From Gammaproteobacteria bacterium (GTDB lineage: Bacteria > Pseudomonadota > Gammaproteobacteria > Eutrophobiales > Eutrophobiaceae): a DNA stretch of 64,000 nucleotides. The stretch covers positions 1,952,001 through 2,016,000 of the forward strand of contig CBDCTH010000012.1 in assembly GCA_965222155.1 (NCBI GenBank). The letters run 5' to 3'. A model generated the notes under the pieces. The model had not been told where the DNA came from and did not search any database. It worked only from the letters and a program-made list of their open reading frames with translations. Every line of letters starts with the position of its first letter. Position 1 is the first letter of the stretch. A program made the position numbers and the translations under genes. Below are positions 41,136 to 48,923 of the stretch, piece by piece.

Positions 41136-42224
41136 GTGAAACAGTTAGCGATACCGTATATGCAGATGCGCGGGGGGAGTTCGAAAGGTTTGTATTTCCT
41201 TTCTGAAGATTTACCCACGGACCCGGCACAGCGTAACGAAGTACTGCTTGATGCTATGGGTCGAGGTGAGCGTCAGATAGACGGTCTGGGCGGCGCCGAT
41301 CCCCTGACCAGCAAGGTGGCGATTGTTAGCCGTTCTTCCCGGCCGGACGCAGATATCGACTTCTTATTCGTACAAATAGTGGTAGGTCAGGACAAAGTCG
41401 ATACTATACCAAACTGTGGAAACATACTGGCGGGCGTTGGGCCCTTTGCCATAGAGACTGGCCTGGTGCCGGCAGATGAACAGACAACCCGACTTACTGT
41501 GCATATGGTCAACAGCGGAATATTGAGCGAGTTGGAACTGTCTACTCCCGGCGGCAAAACGGAGTACGAGGGCGAGGCTCAAATTGATGGCGTGCCAGGC
41601 AGTGCGGCGCCAGTGCTTTGCTCCTATAAGGATTTGTCCGGCTCAATCTGTGGTGAGCTCCTGCCCACCGGCCGGGTACTGGACGTTGTAGATGATGTGG
41701 AAATGACCTGCGTTGACAATGGCATGCCTGTAGTGGTTTTGCGGGCAAAAGATTTCGGCATCAGTGGCTATGAGTCACCGCTTGAACTGAACGCGAATGA
41801 GAATTTAAAGGCGAGACTGGAGTCGATTCGACTTCAAATTGGCCCCGATATGAACCTGGATGACGTGAAAAACAAGACCATTCCGAAGATGTGCCTTGTA
41901 TCGCCGGCTGTAAATGGAGGACTGGTCAACACACGAACGTTCATTCCTCATAAATGTCATGCGGCTGTCGGGGTGTTGGGGGCGGTGTCGGCAGCTAGCG
42001 CTTGCATATTACCTGGATCGGTCGTAGAGGGAATGGTCGAACGGCCGGGAGGCGAAGTCAAAACTATATCAGTGGAACACCCCATTGGAGAGTTTTCTGT
42101 AACTCTGCAAGTGGATGAATCCGGTGAATTTCCGCTAATCAAAAAAGCGGGTTTGCTGCGCACTGCGCGCCTGCTGAGCAGGGGTGTATTGTATGTTCCC
42201 GCCAGAGGGGAAAGTAAGTTATGA
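41136..42224 (+). CDS. ligU: 4-oxalomesaconate tautomerase/isomerase (LigU/GalD/FldA, PrpF family)
   Basis: [45 protein letters not shown]. Confidence 0.9.
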   Translation: MKQLAIPYMQMRGGSSKGLYFLSEDLPTDPAQRNEVLLDAMGRGERQIDGLGGADPLTSKVAIVSRSSRPDADIDFLFVQIVVGQDKVDTIPNCGNILAGVGPFAIETGLVPADEQTTRLTVHMVNSGILSELELSTPGGKTEYEGEAQIDGVPGSAAPVLCSYKDLSGSICGELLPTGRVLDVVDDVEMTCVDNGMPVVVLRAKDFGISGYESPLELNANENLKARLESIRLQIGPDMNLDDVKNKTIPKMCLVSPAVNGGLVNTRTFIPHKCHAAVGVLGAVSAASACILPGSVVEGMVERPGGEVKTISVEHPIGEFSVTLQVDESGEFPLIKKAGLLRTARLLSRGVLYVPARGESKL

Positions 42225-42919
42225 GGACGGTAGCAGTTCGAAACATTGAACGAGCAGATGCAGCGGTCGTGGAGGTACTGGGAACTTTGGGCGTTGCCAC
42301 GGTACATGAAGCGCTGGGACGGGTGGGGCTGTTAAAACCCTATATGCGACCGATATACCGACACGCCCGGATCGCAGGCAGTGCCATTACGATTTTGGCC
42401 CAGCCTGGTGATAACTGGATGTTACATGTGGCCATCGAACTTTGCCAACCCGGGGATGTCCTCGTGGTAGCTTGCACCACGGACAATACCGACGGAATGT
42501 TTGGTGATTTATTGGCCACTTCGGCCCGGGTTCGGGGTGTAAAAGGCCTTGTGGTAGATGCCGGCGTACGCGATGTGGCAATACTGGAAGATATGAGTTT
42601 CCCCGTTTGGTGCAAAGCGGTATCCGCTCAGGGTACGGTTAAAAACACGCCTGGTTCGGTAAACGTACCCATTGTCTGTGCCGGCCAGACAGTCAATCCC
42701 GGTGATGTAGTAGTTGCTGATGATGACGGTGTAGTAGTGATTCCGAGACACCGGGCCGAAGCTGCTATGGCTGCTGCCCGGACTCGGGAACAAAATGAGG
42801 CGAGCAAGCGTGAAAAACTGGCAAACGGCATTTTAGGTCTGGATATGTATGACATGCGCCCTCGCCTGGAAAAAGCGGGCCTGATTTACCTGGATTCACT
42901 GGAAGATTTAAAAGACTGA
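42221..42919 (+). CDS. ligK: 4-carboxy-4-hydroxy-2-oxoadipate aldolase
   Basis: [40 protein letters not shown]. Confidence 0.93.
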   Translation: MRTVAVRNIERADAAVVEVLGTLGVATVHEALGRVGLLKPYMRPIYRHARIAGSAITILAQPGDNWMLHVAIELCQPGDVLVVACTTDNTDGMFGDLLATSARVRGVKGLVVDAGVRDVAILEDMSFPVWCKAVSAQGTVKNTPGSVNVPIVCAGQTVNPGDVVVADDDGVVVIPRHRAEAAMAAARTREQNEASKREKLANGILGLDMYDMRPRLEKAGLIYLDSLEDLKD

Positions 42920-42921
42920 TC

Positions 42922-43968
42922 ATGATTATTGATTGCCACGGGCACTACACCACGGCACCGGGTGCGCTGGGCGAATACCGTGAGCGACAAAAAGCGGAAC
43001 TGACTGATGAACCAAACTTTCAACATGAAAAAGGTATCATTGATATCAGCGATGAGCAGTTGCGGGAGAGTCTTGAAGGAGCACAATTAAAACTGCAACG
43101 GGAACGCGGTACCGATCTCACTATATTTTCACCGCGCGCCAGCTGGATGGGGCATCATATCGGCAATGAGAGCACCAGTAAATTCTGGTCTGAGCACTGT
43201 AATGAGTTAATCTACCGCATCACACAGCTATATCCGGATAACTTCGCCGGAGGTTGCCAGTTGCCCCAGACACCGGGGGCAGAACTACGTAATGCCGTCC
43301 TGGAACTGGAGCGTTGTGTGCTTGAGTTCGGTTTTGTCGGGTTTAACCTGAATCCGGACCCATCGGGCGGCCACTGGGACTCCCCTCCCCTGGGAGATCG
43401 CTATTGGTATCCTGTCTACGAAAAAATGTGCGAACTGGATGTCCCCGCCATGATCCATGTGAGTGGGGCTTGTAATCATGCCTTTCAAACCACCGGTTCC
43501 TATTACCTGAGTGCCGACACTACTGCCTTCATGCAGTTGATGACATCGACTGTGTGCCAGGATTTTCCGGATATCAGGTTCATAATCCCCCATGGTGGCG
43601 GTGCAGTGCCTTATCACTGGGGGCGTTTCCGCGGTCTGGCTGACATGATGAAGCTGCCTCCCCTCGATGAATTGTTGTTGAACAATGTCTACTTTGACAC
43701 CTGTGTTTATCACCAGCCCGGGATTGATTTGTTAGTGGATGTGATCCCCTCCAAAAATATTTTGTTTGCATCAGAAATGATAGGTGCAGTACGCGGCATA
43801 GACCCCGAAACCGGCCATTATTTCGATGATACCAAACGTTACATCGATAACAACAATGCACTCAGCAAAGACGAAAAAAAGGCCATTTTTGAGGGCAATG
43901 CCCGTAGGGTATTTACCCGATTGAACAAATCAAATTCGAATACGGCACGCATCGTGAAGGCAGGATAA
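42922..43968 (+). CDS. ligJ: 4-oxalomesaconate hydratase
   Basis: MIIDCHGHYTTAP, FSPRAS, IPHGGGAVPYHWGR, FASEMIGAVRG. Confidence 0.95.
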   Translation: MIIDCHGHYTTAPGALGEYRERQKAELTDEPNFQHEKGIIDISDEQLRESLEGAQLKLQRERGTDLTIFSPRASWMGHHIGNESTSKFWSEHCNELIYRITQLYPDNFAGGCQLPQTPGAELRNAVLELERCVLEFGFVGFNLNPDPSGGHWDSPPLGDRYWYPVYEKMCELDVPAMIHVSGACNHAFQTTGSYYLSADTTAFMQLMTSTVCQDFPDIRFIIPHGGGAVPYHWGRFRGLADMMKLPPLDELLLNNVYFDTCVYHQPGIDLLVDVIPSKNILFASEMIGAVRGIDPETGHYFDDTKRYIDNNNALSKDEKKAIFEGNARRVFTRLNKSNSNTARIVKAG

Positions 43969-43986
43969 CTCACCAGGATTACAAAT

Positions 43987-44023
43987 GACTTTTCCCATAG
44001 CTTTAAAAATAAAATTCATTAGT
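43987..44023 (+). promoter_or_regulatory. Shared upstream motif before the pobA-like gene
   Basis: GACTTTTCCCAT-N19-ATTAGT, with TATGTT 18 nt after TTAGTA. Confidence 0.6.
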
Positions 44024-44054
44024 ATCAATATTAAGCTGCTTTTATGTTAGCTTA

Positions 44055-44260
44055 CAGGGCAAACGCATACTTTTGGATTCTGTTGCAGAAGACAGGAAAT
44101 CAACCGGAAAACGCCGCCCGTCATGCTGGCGAATGCCAGCATCCAGTCAAACAACAGCGCATGATCATGGTGATGAAGGGTTATTCACTGGATTCTGGCT
44201 TGCGCCAGAATGACGGAATCGGGTAAAAACGTCTGAATTCAAAAGTATGCGTTTGCCCTG
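44055..44260. mobile_element. MITE with 26-bp TIR and perfect 10-bp target duplication
   Basis: TGTTAGCTTA-CAGGGCAAACGCATACTTTTGGATTC ... GAATTCAAAAGTATGCGTTTGCCCTG-TGTTAGCTTA; contains a GTCAT-type palindrome pair at 44118-44216. Confidence 0.92.
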
Positions 44261-44298
44261 TGTTAGCTTAAGTCTACAACCCGCTTTTCAGGAAAATG

Positions 44299-44366
44299 CA
44301 GAGTAAAAATACGACCAATCTGGCAGACTGTGTTGCTGTACTGTCAGGTATTTTTACTCTGACCCC
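44299..44366. repeat. REP-like doublet CAGAGTAAAAATAC...GTATTTTTACTCTGACCCC
   Basis: 14-bp inverted repeat; right arm recurs at 62565-62583. Confidence 0.65.
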
Positions 44367-44402
44367 AAGTGTCGAGGGTTTGTCAATTCAGGAGACAACA
44401 CA

Positions 44403-45587
44403 ATGCATGTACCAGTCGTGATAGTTGGTGCGGGCCCGTCCGGTTCGCTCTTGGCCTGGATTTTACGCCAGCGCGGGATCGAAAGTATCGTCCTGGAAAG
44501 GAAAAGCCGTGAATACGTCGAAAGTCGCATTCGTGCCGGTGTCATGGAGCAAAACGCTGTAGACTTGATGATTAAAGCAGGTGTCGGCGAACGCCTGAAA
44601 AAGGAATGCATGTATCACCCAGGTGTGGTCATCGGCCTTCACAATGAGCATCATTTTCTCGATTTCGATAGGCTGATAGGGGTTGGTGTCACCATATACG
44701 GCCAGTCGGAGCTTACCAAGGATCTATTGGGCGCACTTGCAGCGGTAGATCACAAGGTTTTCTATGAGGCGCCCGCCACGGCAATCGAAGGCATTGAGGG
44801 TGATTCCCCGACGGTGAAGTACACTCACGAGGGCGTGGATAAGGAAATAAGCTGCGATTTCGTTGTCGGGGCCGATGGTTTTCATGGTCCCTCACGTTCG
44901 TCGATCCCGGCCGGCGTCCTCAAGACTTACGAAAACGTTTATCCCTACGGTTGGCTCGGTGTGATGGTCAAAGCGCCGCCGTCGAAAGATGTAGCAATGT
45001 TTTCGCATCATGAACGTGGCTTTGCACTGTTGAGCATGCGTTCACCGAAAATTTCGCGGCTCTATCTCCAGTGCGCGCCGGATGAAGATATCAACGAATG
45101 GCCCGATGAGCGGGTCTGGGAAGAACTCGATACGCGCCTGGGTGCACCCGGTTGGGAGCTTGAGCGAGGGGAGATCTTTCAGAAGGATGTGACCCCACTG
45201 CGGAGTTTTTTCTCCCAACCCATGTCCCATGGTCGTCTGTTTCTGTGCGGTGATGCCGCGCACATCGTCCCGCCGACCGGCGCCAAGGGCCTTAACGCGG
45301 CATTTGCCGATGTGAGCGTTCTGTCCGCCGGATTGATCGAATACTTTACAAAAGACAACGCTACGATTTTAGATCGTTATGCCCACGTTGCCCTGGCCCG
45401 CAACCTCCAGTGTCAGCGTTTTTCCTCGGGCAACACGGCCAAGTATCATATCCACCCCGACAGCAATTCCTTCGAACGCCGTATGCAAGTGGCGGAGTTG
45501 GAATATCTGGTGTCTGACGAGACGACCCAGATATCCTATGCCAGGCAACATACCGGGCTTCCGTTCGATTACTGGCCGGAACTCTGA
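44403..45587 (+). CDS. pobA: 4-hydroxybenzoate 3-hydroxylase-like flavin monooxygenase with divergent active site
   Basis: GAGPSG, RIRAGV, YGQSE, GADGFHG, GDAAHIVPPTGAKGLN; family is clear, substrate is not. Confidence 0.8.
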   Translation: MHVPVVIVGAGPSGSLLAWILRQRGIESIVLERKSREYVESRIRAGVMEQNAVDLMIKAGVGERLKKECMYHPGVVIGLHNEHHFLDFDRLIGVGVTIYGQSELTKDLLGALAAVDHKVFYEAPATAIEGIEGDSPTVKYTHEGVDKEISCDFVVGADGFHGPSRSSIPAGVLKTYENVYPYGWLGVMVKAPPSKDVAMFSHHERGFALLSMRSPKISRLYLQCAPDEDINEWPDERVWEELDTRLGAPGWELERGEIFQKDVTPLRSFFSQPMSHGRLFLCGDAAHIVPPTGAKGLNAAFADVSVLSAGLIEYFTKDNATILDRYAHVALARNLQCQRFSSGNTAKYHIHPDSNSFERRMQVAELEYLVSDETTQISYARQHTGLPFDYWPEL

Positions 45588-45612
45588 ATGCGAACCCCTT
45601 CCCGGACACTGA

Positions 45613-45848
45613 CCCGGATTTCTCACCAGGCCGCTTGTTGCTATTGAATACTTTGCTAACAATAAATTACGGTAATATGTCCATTATATCAACAGAACAG
45701 GCTGCGCTTGATGCGCCCTTGCTTGTCTTTTTTACGCCTACGGGCACATGCTCCCTCAACCAGAGCTATGGCTATGCTTTCGGTCGCAGGCACCCGTAGG
45801 CGTAAAAAATCCGGCGCAATCATCGCATCACCCGGTGAGAAATCCGGG
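45613..45848. mobile_element. MITE family B (no insert)
   Basis: CCCGGATTTCTCACC ... GGTGAGAAATCCGGG. Confidence 0.9.
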
Positions 45849-45933
45849 TTGATCACCTGTGCCGATATGCGAGTTTTGCACAGTCTGACGGGGTCCGCGT
45901 CCCTTCAACTTTTCAGGAATAAGGAAGAGAAAC

Positions 45934-46302
45934 ATGAGTAGAGAAACTGGTCACAGTGATAATATTCCAGGCACATGTGTGTTCACCGGGCAAAGGTCGC
46001 AGAAGGGGCTAAAGCTGAATAGCTTTGCCTATTCTCTTCACAAAGCCGGGAACCGGGAGGTCTATCGTCAGGATCCGGCGGGCTACATGGATAGCTACGG
46101 TCTTTCAGCCTGGGAGAAACAAAAGGTTAAAGAGAAGGACTGGAAGGCCCTGATCGAAGAAGGCGGCGGCAACATCTATATGCTGTTGAAAGTCGGCGCT
46201 ATTACCGGTGATGGTCTTGTCCCCATCGGTGCGCAGCAGCGAGGCGAATCGGTGGAAGATTTCATGAAGTCCCGCAACGTGCCATTGCGGCAAAATATGT
46301 AG
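45934..46302 (+). CDS. ligA: Protocatechuate/gallate 4,5-dioxygenase alpha subunit
   Basis: IPGTCVF..KGLKLN.F..L, GGNIYMLLK; directly before ligB. Confidence 0.85.
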   Translation: MSRETGHSDNIPGTCVFTGQRSQKGLKLNSFAYSLHKAGNREVYRQDPAGYMDSYGLSAWEKQKVKEKDWKALIEEGGGNIYMLLKVGAITGDGLVPIGAQQRGESVEDFMKSRNVPLRQNM

Positions 46303-46329
46303 CAGCAAAACAAATAGTGGAGCAATAAA

Positions 46330-47187
46330 ATGGGTAGACTAGTTGCCGGTATCGGTTCGTCTCACGTTCCTTCGATTGGCGTGGCTTTCGATCAAAACCA
46401 GCAGGAGGCTCCTGGGTGGAAGCCCCTGTTTGATGGTTATAGGCCTGCTAAAGCCTGGTTAAAGGATGTCGGTATAACTCACGCCGTCGTTCTGTACAAC
46501 GATCATGGCACCGATTTTTTTTTCGATAAGTATCCGACATTCGCGATGGGTGTTGCCGATGAATACCCTATCGGTGATGAAGGTTGGGGCGTACGTCCGC
46601 TGCCGGCGGTAAAGGGTGATAGTGTTTTTTCCTGGCACCTGGCTAACTCTCTGGTGAAAGAGAGTGAATTCGATCTTACCATTTGTCAGGACATGGTGAT
46701 GGACCACGGCATCCTGGTACCATTGCCGTTATTGTTTGATCATAAGCCTGACTGGAGTGTCAAGACTGTGCCTATGCAGGTCAATGTGCTGCAGCATCCG
46801 TTACCGACACCGCACCGGTTATGGAAACTTGGACAAGCACTGCGAACAGCCGTTGAGTCCTATCCCGATGATGTGCGTGTTGTTGTTGTTGGCACTGGTG
46901 GACTTTCTCACCAGTTGCATGGCGATCGTTTCGGTCATATGAACTCGGACTGGGACAAGGAATTTCTTGACCGGATCGAAGATGATCCGGAAAGCCTCGT
47001 CGATATCTCTCATGATGAATTGATGGAACGTGGTGGGGCGGAAGCGGTGGAGATGATGGTGTGGCTTGGGATGCGTGGCGCCTTAACCCCGAAGGTCAAC
47101 AAGATCCACCGGAATTACTACCTGCCGATGTTATCAGGGATGGGATTGACCGTTCTGGAGGATACGCTGACAGGCGATGCAACCTGA
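46330..47187 (+). CDS. ligB: Protocatechuate/gallate 4,5-dioxygenase beta subunit
   Basis: SHVPSIG, YNDHG, DEGWG, DHG, GTGGLSHQL, GAEAVE..W. Confidence 0.92.
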   Translation: MGRLVAGIGSSHVPSIGVAFDQNQQEAPGWKPLFDGYRPAKAWLKDVGITHAVVLYNDHGTDFFFDKYPTFAMGVADEYPIGDEGWGVRPLPAVKGDSVFSWHLANSLVKESEFDLTICQDMVMDHGILVPLPLLFDHKPDWSVKTVPMQVNVLQHPLPTPHRLWKLGQALRTAVESYPDDVRVVVVGTGGLSHQLHGDRFGHMNSDWDKEFLDRIEDDPESLVDISHDELMERGGAEAVEMMVWLGMRGALTPKVNKIHRNYYLPMLSGMGLTVLEDTLTGDAT

Positions 47188-47205
47188 ATCCGGAAATGCG
47201 GAAAT

Positions 47206-47305
47206 GGGGTCAGGTCGCACAATGCACACTTGAGGCTCACCCTTTCAACGTTCGGTCCACTGTACTGTCACTTCAGCTATAGTGTGCATTGTGCGACCTG
47301 ACCCC
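47206..47305. mobile_element. Family C mini-element (100 bp)
   Basis: Same ends; identical to 47709-47808. Confidence 0.9.
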
Positions 47306-47698
47306 GCATCCGTTACCGACACCGCACCGTTATGGAAACTTGGACAAGCATTGCGAACAGCCGTAGAGTCCTATCCCGAAGAGGTGCGTGTCGTTGTTGT
47401 GGGCACCGGCGGGCTTTCTCACCAGCTGCATGGCGATCGTTTCGGCCATATGAACGCGGACTGGGACAAGGAATTTCTTGACCGGATCGAAGATGATCCG
47501 GAAAGCCTTGTCGACATCTCTCATGATGAATTGATGGAACGTGGTGGTGCGGAAGCGGTGGAGATGATGGTGTGGCTTGGGATGCGTGGCGCCTTAACCC
47601 CGAAGGTCAACAAGATCCACCGGAATTACTACCTGCCGATGTTATCAGGGATGGGATTGACCGTTCTGGAAGATACGCTGACAGGCGATGCAACCTGA
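47306..47698 (+). pseudogene. Duplicated 3' half of ligB (divergent allele)
   Basis: Aligns to 46794-47187 with a 1-nt deletion and ~16 substitutions. Confidence 0.9.
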
Positions 47699-47708
47699 AT
47701 CCGGAAAT

Positions 47709-47808
47709 GGGGTCAGGTCGCACAATGCACACTTGAGGCTCACCCTTTCAACGTTCGGTCCACTGTACTGTCACTTCAGCTATAGTGTGCATTGTGCGAC
47801 CTGACCCC
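47709..47808. mobile_element. Family C mini-element (100 bp)
   Basis: Identical to 47206-47305. Confidence 0.9.
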
Positions 47809-47833
47809 GCATACACGCATACAGGGGAATTAC

Positions 47834-48895
47834 ATGACCACAGAGAAAACAAATGGTAGGTTTATCAAAGAAGAGACCTGGCGTCACTTTTGGCATCCTG
47901 TCTGTACACTGGAGGAATTGTATTCAGCGGACCCCTCCGGTAATGGTCCGCTCCAGGTGCAGTTACTGGGTGAGGCCCTGGTTATAGCAAAACTGGACGG
48001 GAGTATTTCCGCGTTCGCCGATCGATGTGCGCATCGTTCAACATCCTTGTCCAGGGGATTCATAGATGATGGCAGAATACGCTGCCGTTATCATGGCTGG
48101 GCCTATGACAGTAGCGGAAAATGTGTCGACATTCCTGCGTGCCGGGATTTAAAAATACCCGGTCGTGCGAAGATTCAAAAATTTGATGCTGAAGTAAAAT
48201 ACGACCTCGTATGGGTTAGTCTTGAAGCCCATGCAGCCACAGAAATCCCTCCCTGTCCCGGATTTGATGATGAAGTGTTTAAGGCAGTTATCGGCAAACC
48301 CTATACCTGGGCAACCTCCGCGGCAAGGCGGTTGGAAAATTTTGTCGATTTGGCTCATTTCCCCTATGTTCATCCAAATACACTGTTTGATCCAAACATG
48401 ACAGATGTATCACCCCCATCAATCGATCGTAATAATGGTCAATTGATCTTTCATTTCAACCCTCAAACTGATGATATGCCCATCCCGGATGTGTCTTTAA
48501 TGGGAAAAACGGATTATCAGATTACTATGCCGTTTACTGTCAACCTGGAATTTGAACTCATCAGCAAAGCCGGGAAAGGTAATCGGGCCATATTATGGAT
48601 GAGTGCATCACCCCTTGACGAGGGTCATTGCCGCAGTTTCTGGTTTACCTGTCGTGATCACAACAAAGATGAACCCGATTATCCTCATCTTGCATTTCAG
48701 GAACGTGTACTGGAAGAAGATATTGTGGTGATCGAAGCACAGAATCCGCCCCAGATTCCTTATGGCATCGATGAAATTTCAGTGCCGACTGATATGGTAT
48801 CCATCCAGTACCGGAGGTGGCTACGTGAAATCGAACAAGCTGTTGATAACGATAGCTTATTGAAAAATCTTACTACCAATGAAAGATGCGCATAG
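47834..48895 (+). CDS. Rieske non-heme iron oxygenase, NdmA/NdmB-like demethylase family
   Basis: Rieske CAH...CRYH; iron site ENFVDLAHFPYVH...ED; start MTTEK (ATG 47834) with GGGG RBS. Confidence 0.88.
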   Translation: MTTEKTNGRFIKEETWRHFWHPVCTLEELYSADPSGNGPLQVQLLGEALVIAKLDGSISAFADRCAHRSTSLSRGFIDDGRIRCRYHGWAYDSSGKCVDIPACRDLKIPGRAKIQKFDAEVKYDLVWVSLEAHAATEIPPCPGFDDEVFKAVIGKPYTWATSAARRLENFVDLAHFPYVHPNTLFDPNMTDVSPPSIDRNNGQLIFHFNPQTDDMPIPDVSLMGKTDYQITMPFTVNLEFELISKAGKGNRAILWMSASPLDEGHCRSFWFTCRDHNKDEPDYPHLAFQERVLEEDIVVIEAQNPPQIPYGIDEISVPTDMVSIQYRRWLREIEQAVDNDSLLKNLTTNERCA

Positions 48896-48923
48896 GGTGG
48901 GATATCCAGGTTTACACGGTTAT

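Noticed and set aside
46794-47698. ligB duplicate as a DGR template/variable repeat pair
   Set aside because: Differences are mostly synonymous and not adenine-specific; no reverse transcriptase in the window.
47282-47698. 138-aa ORF as a functional second LigB
   Set aside because: Starts inside a repeat and lacks the N-terminal iron-binding histidines.
32795-47808. Family C repeats as a CRISPR or attC cassette array
   Set aside because: Dispersed inverted pairs with mutually homologous interiors; no cas gene or integron integrase.
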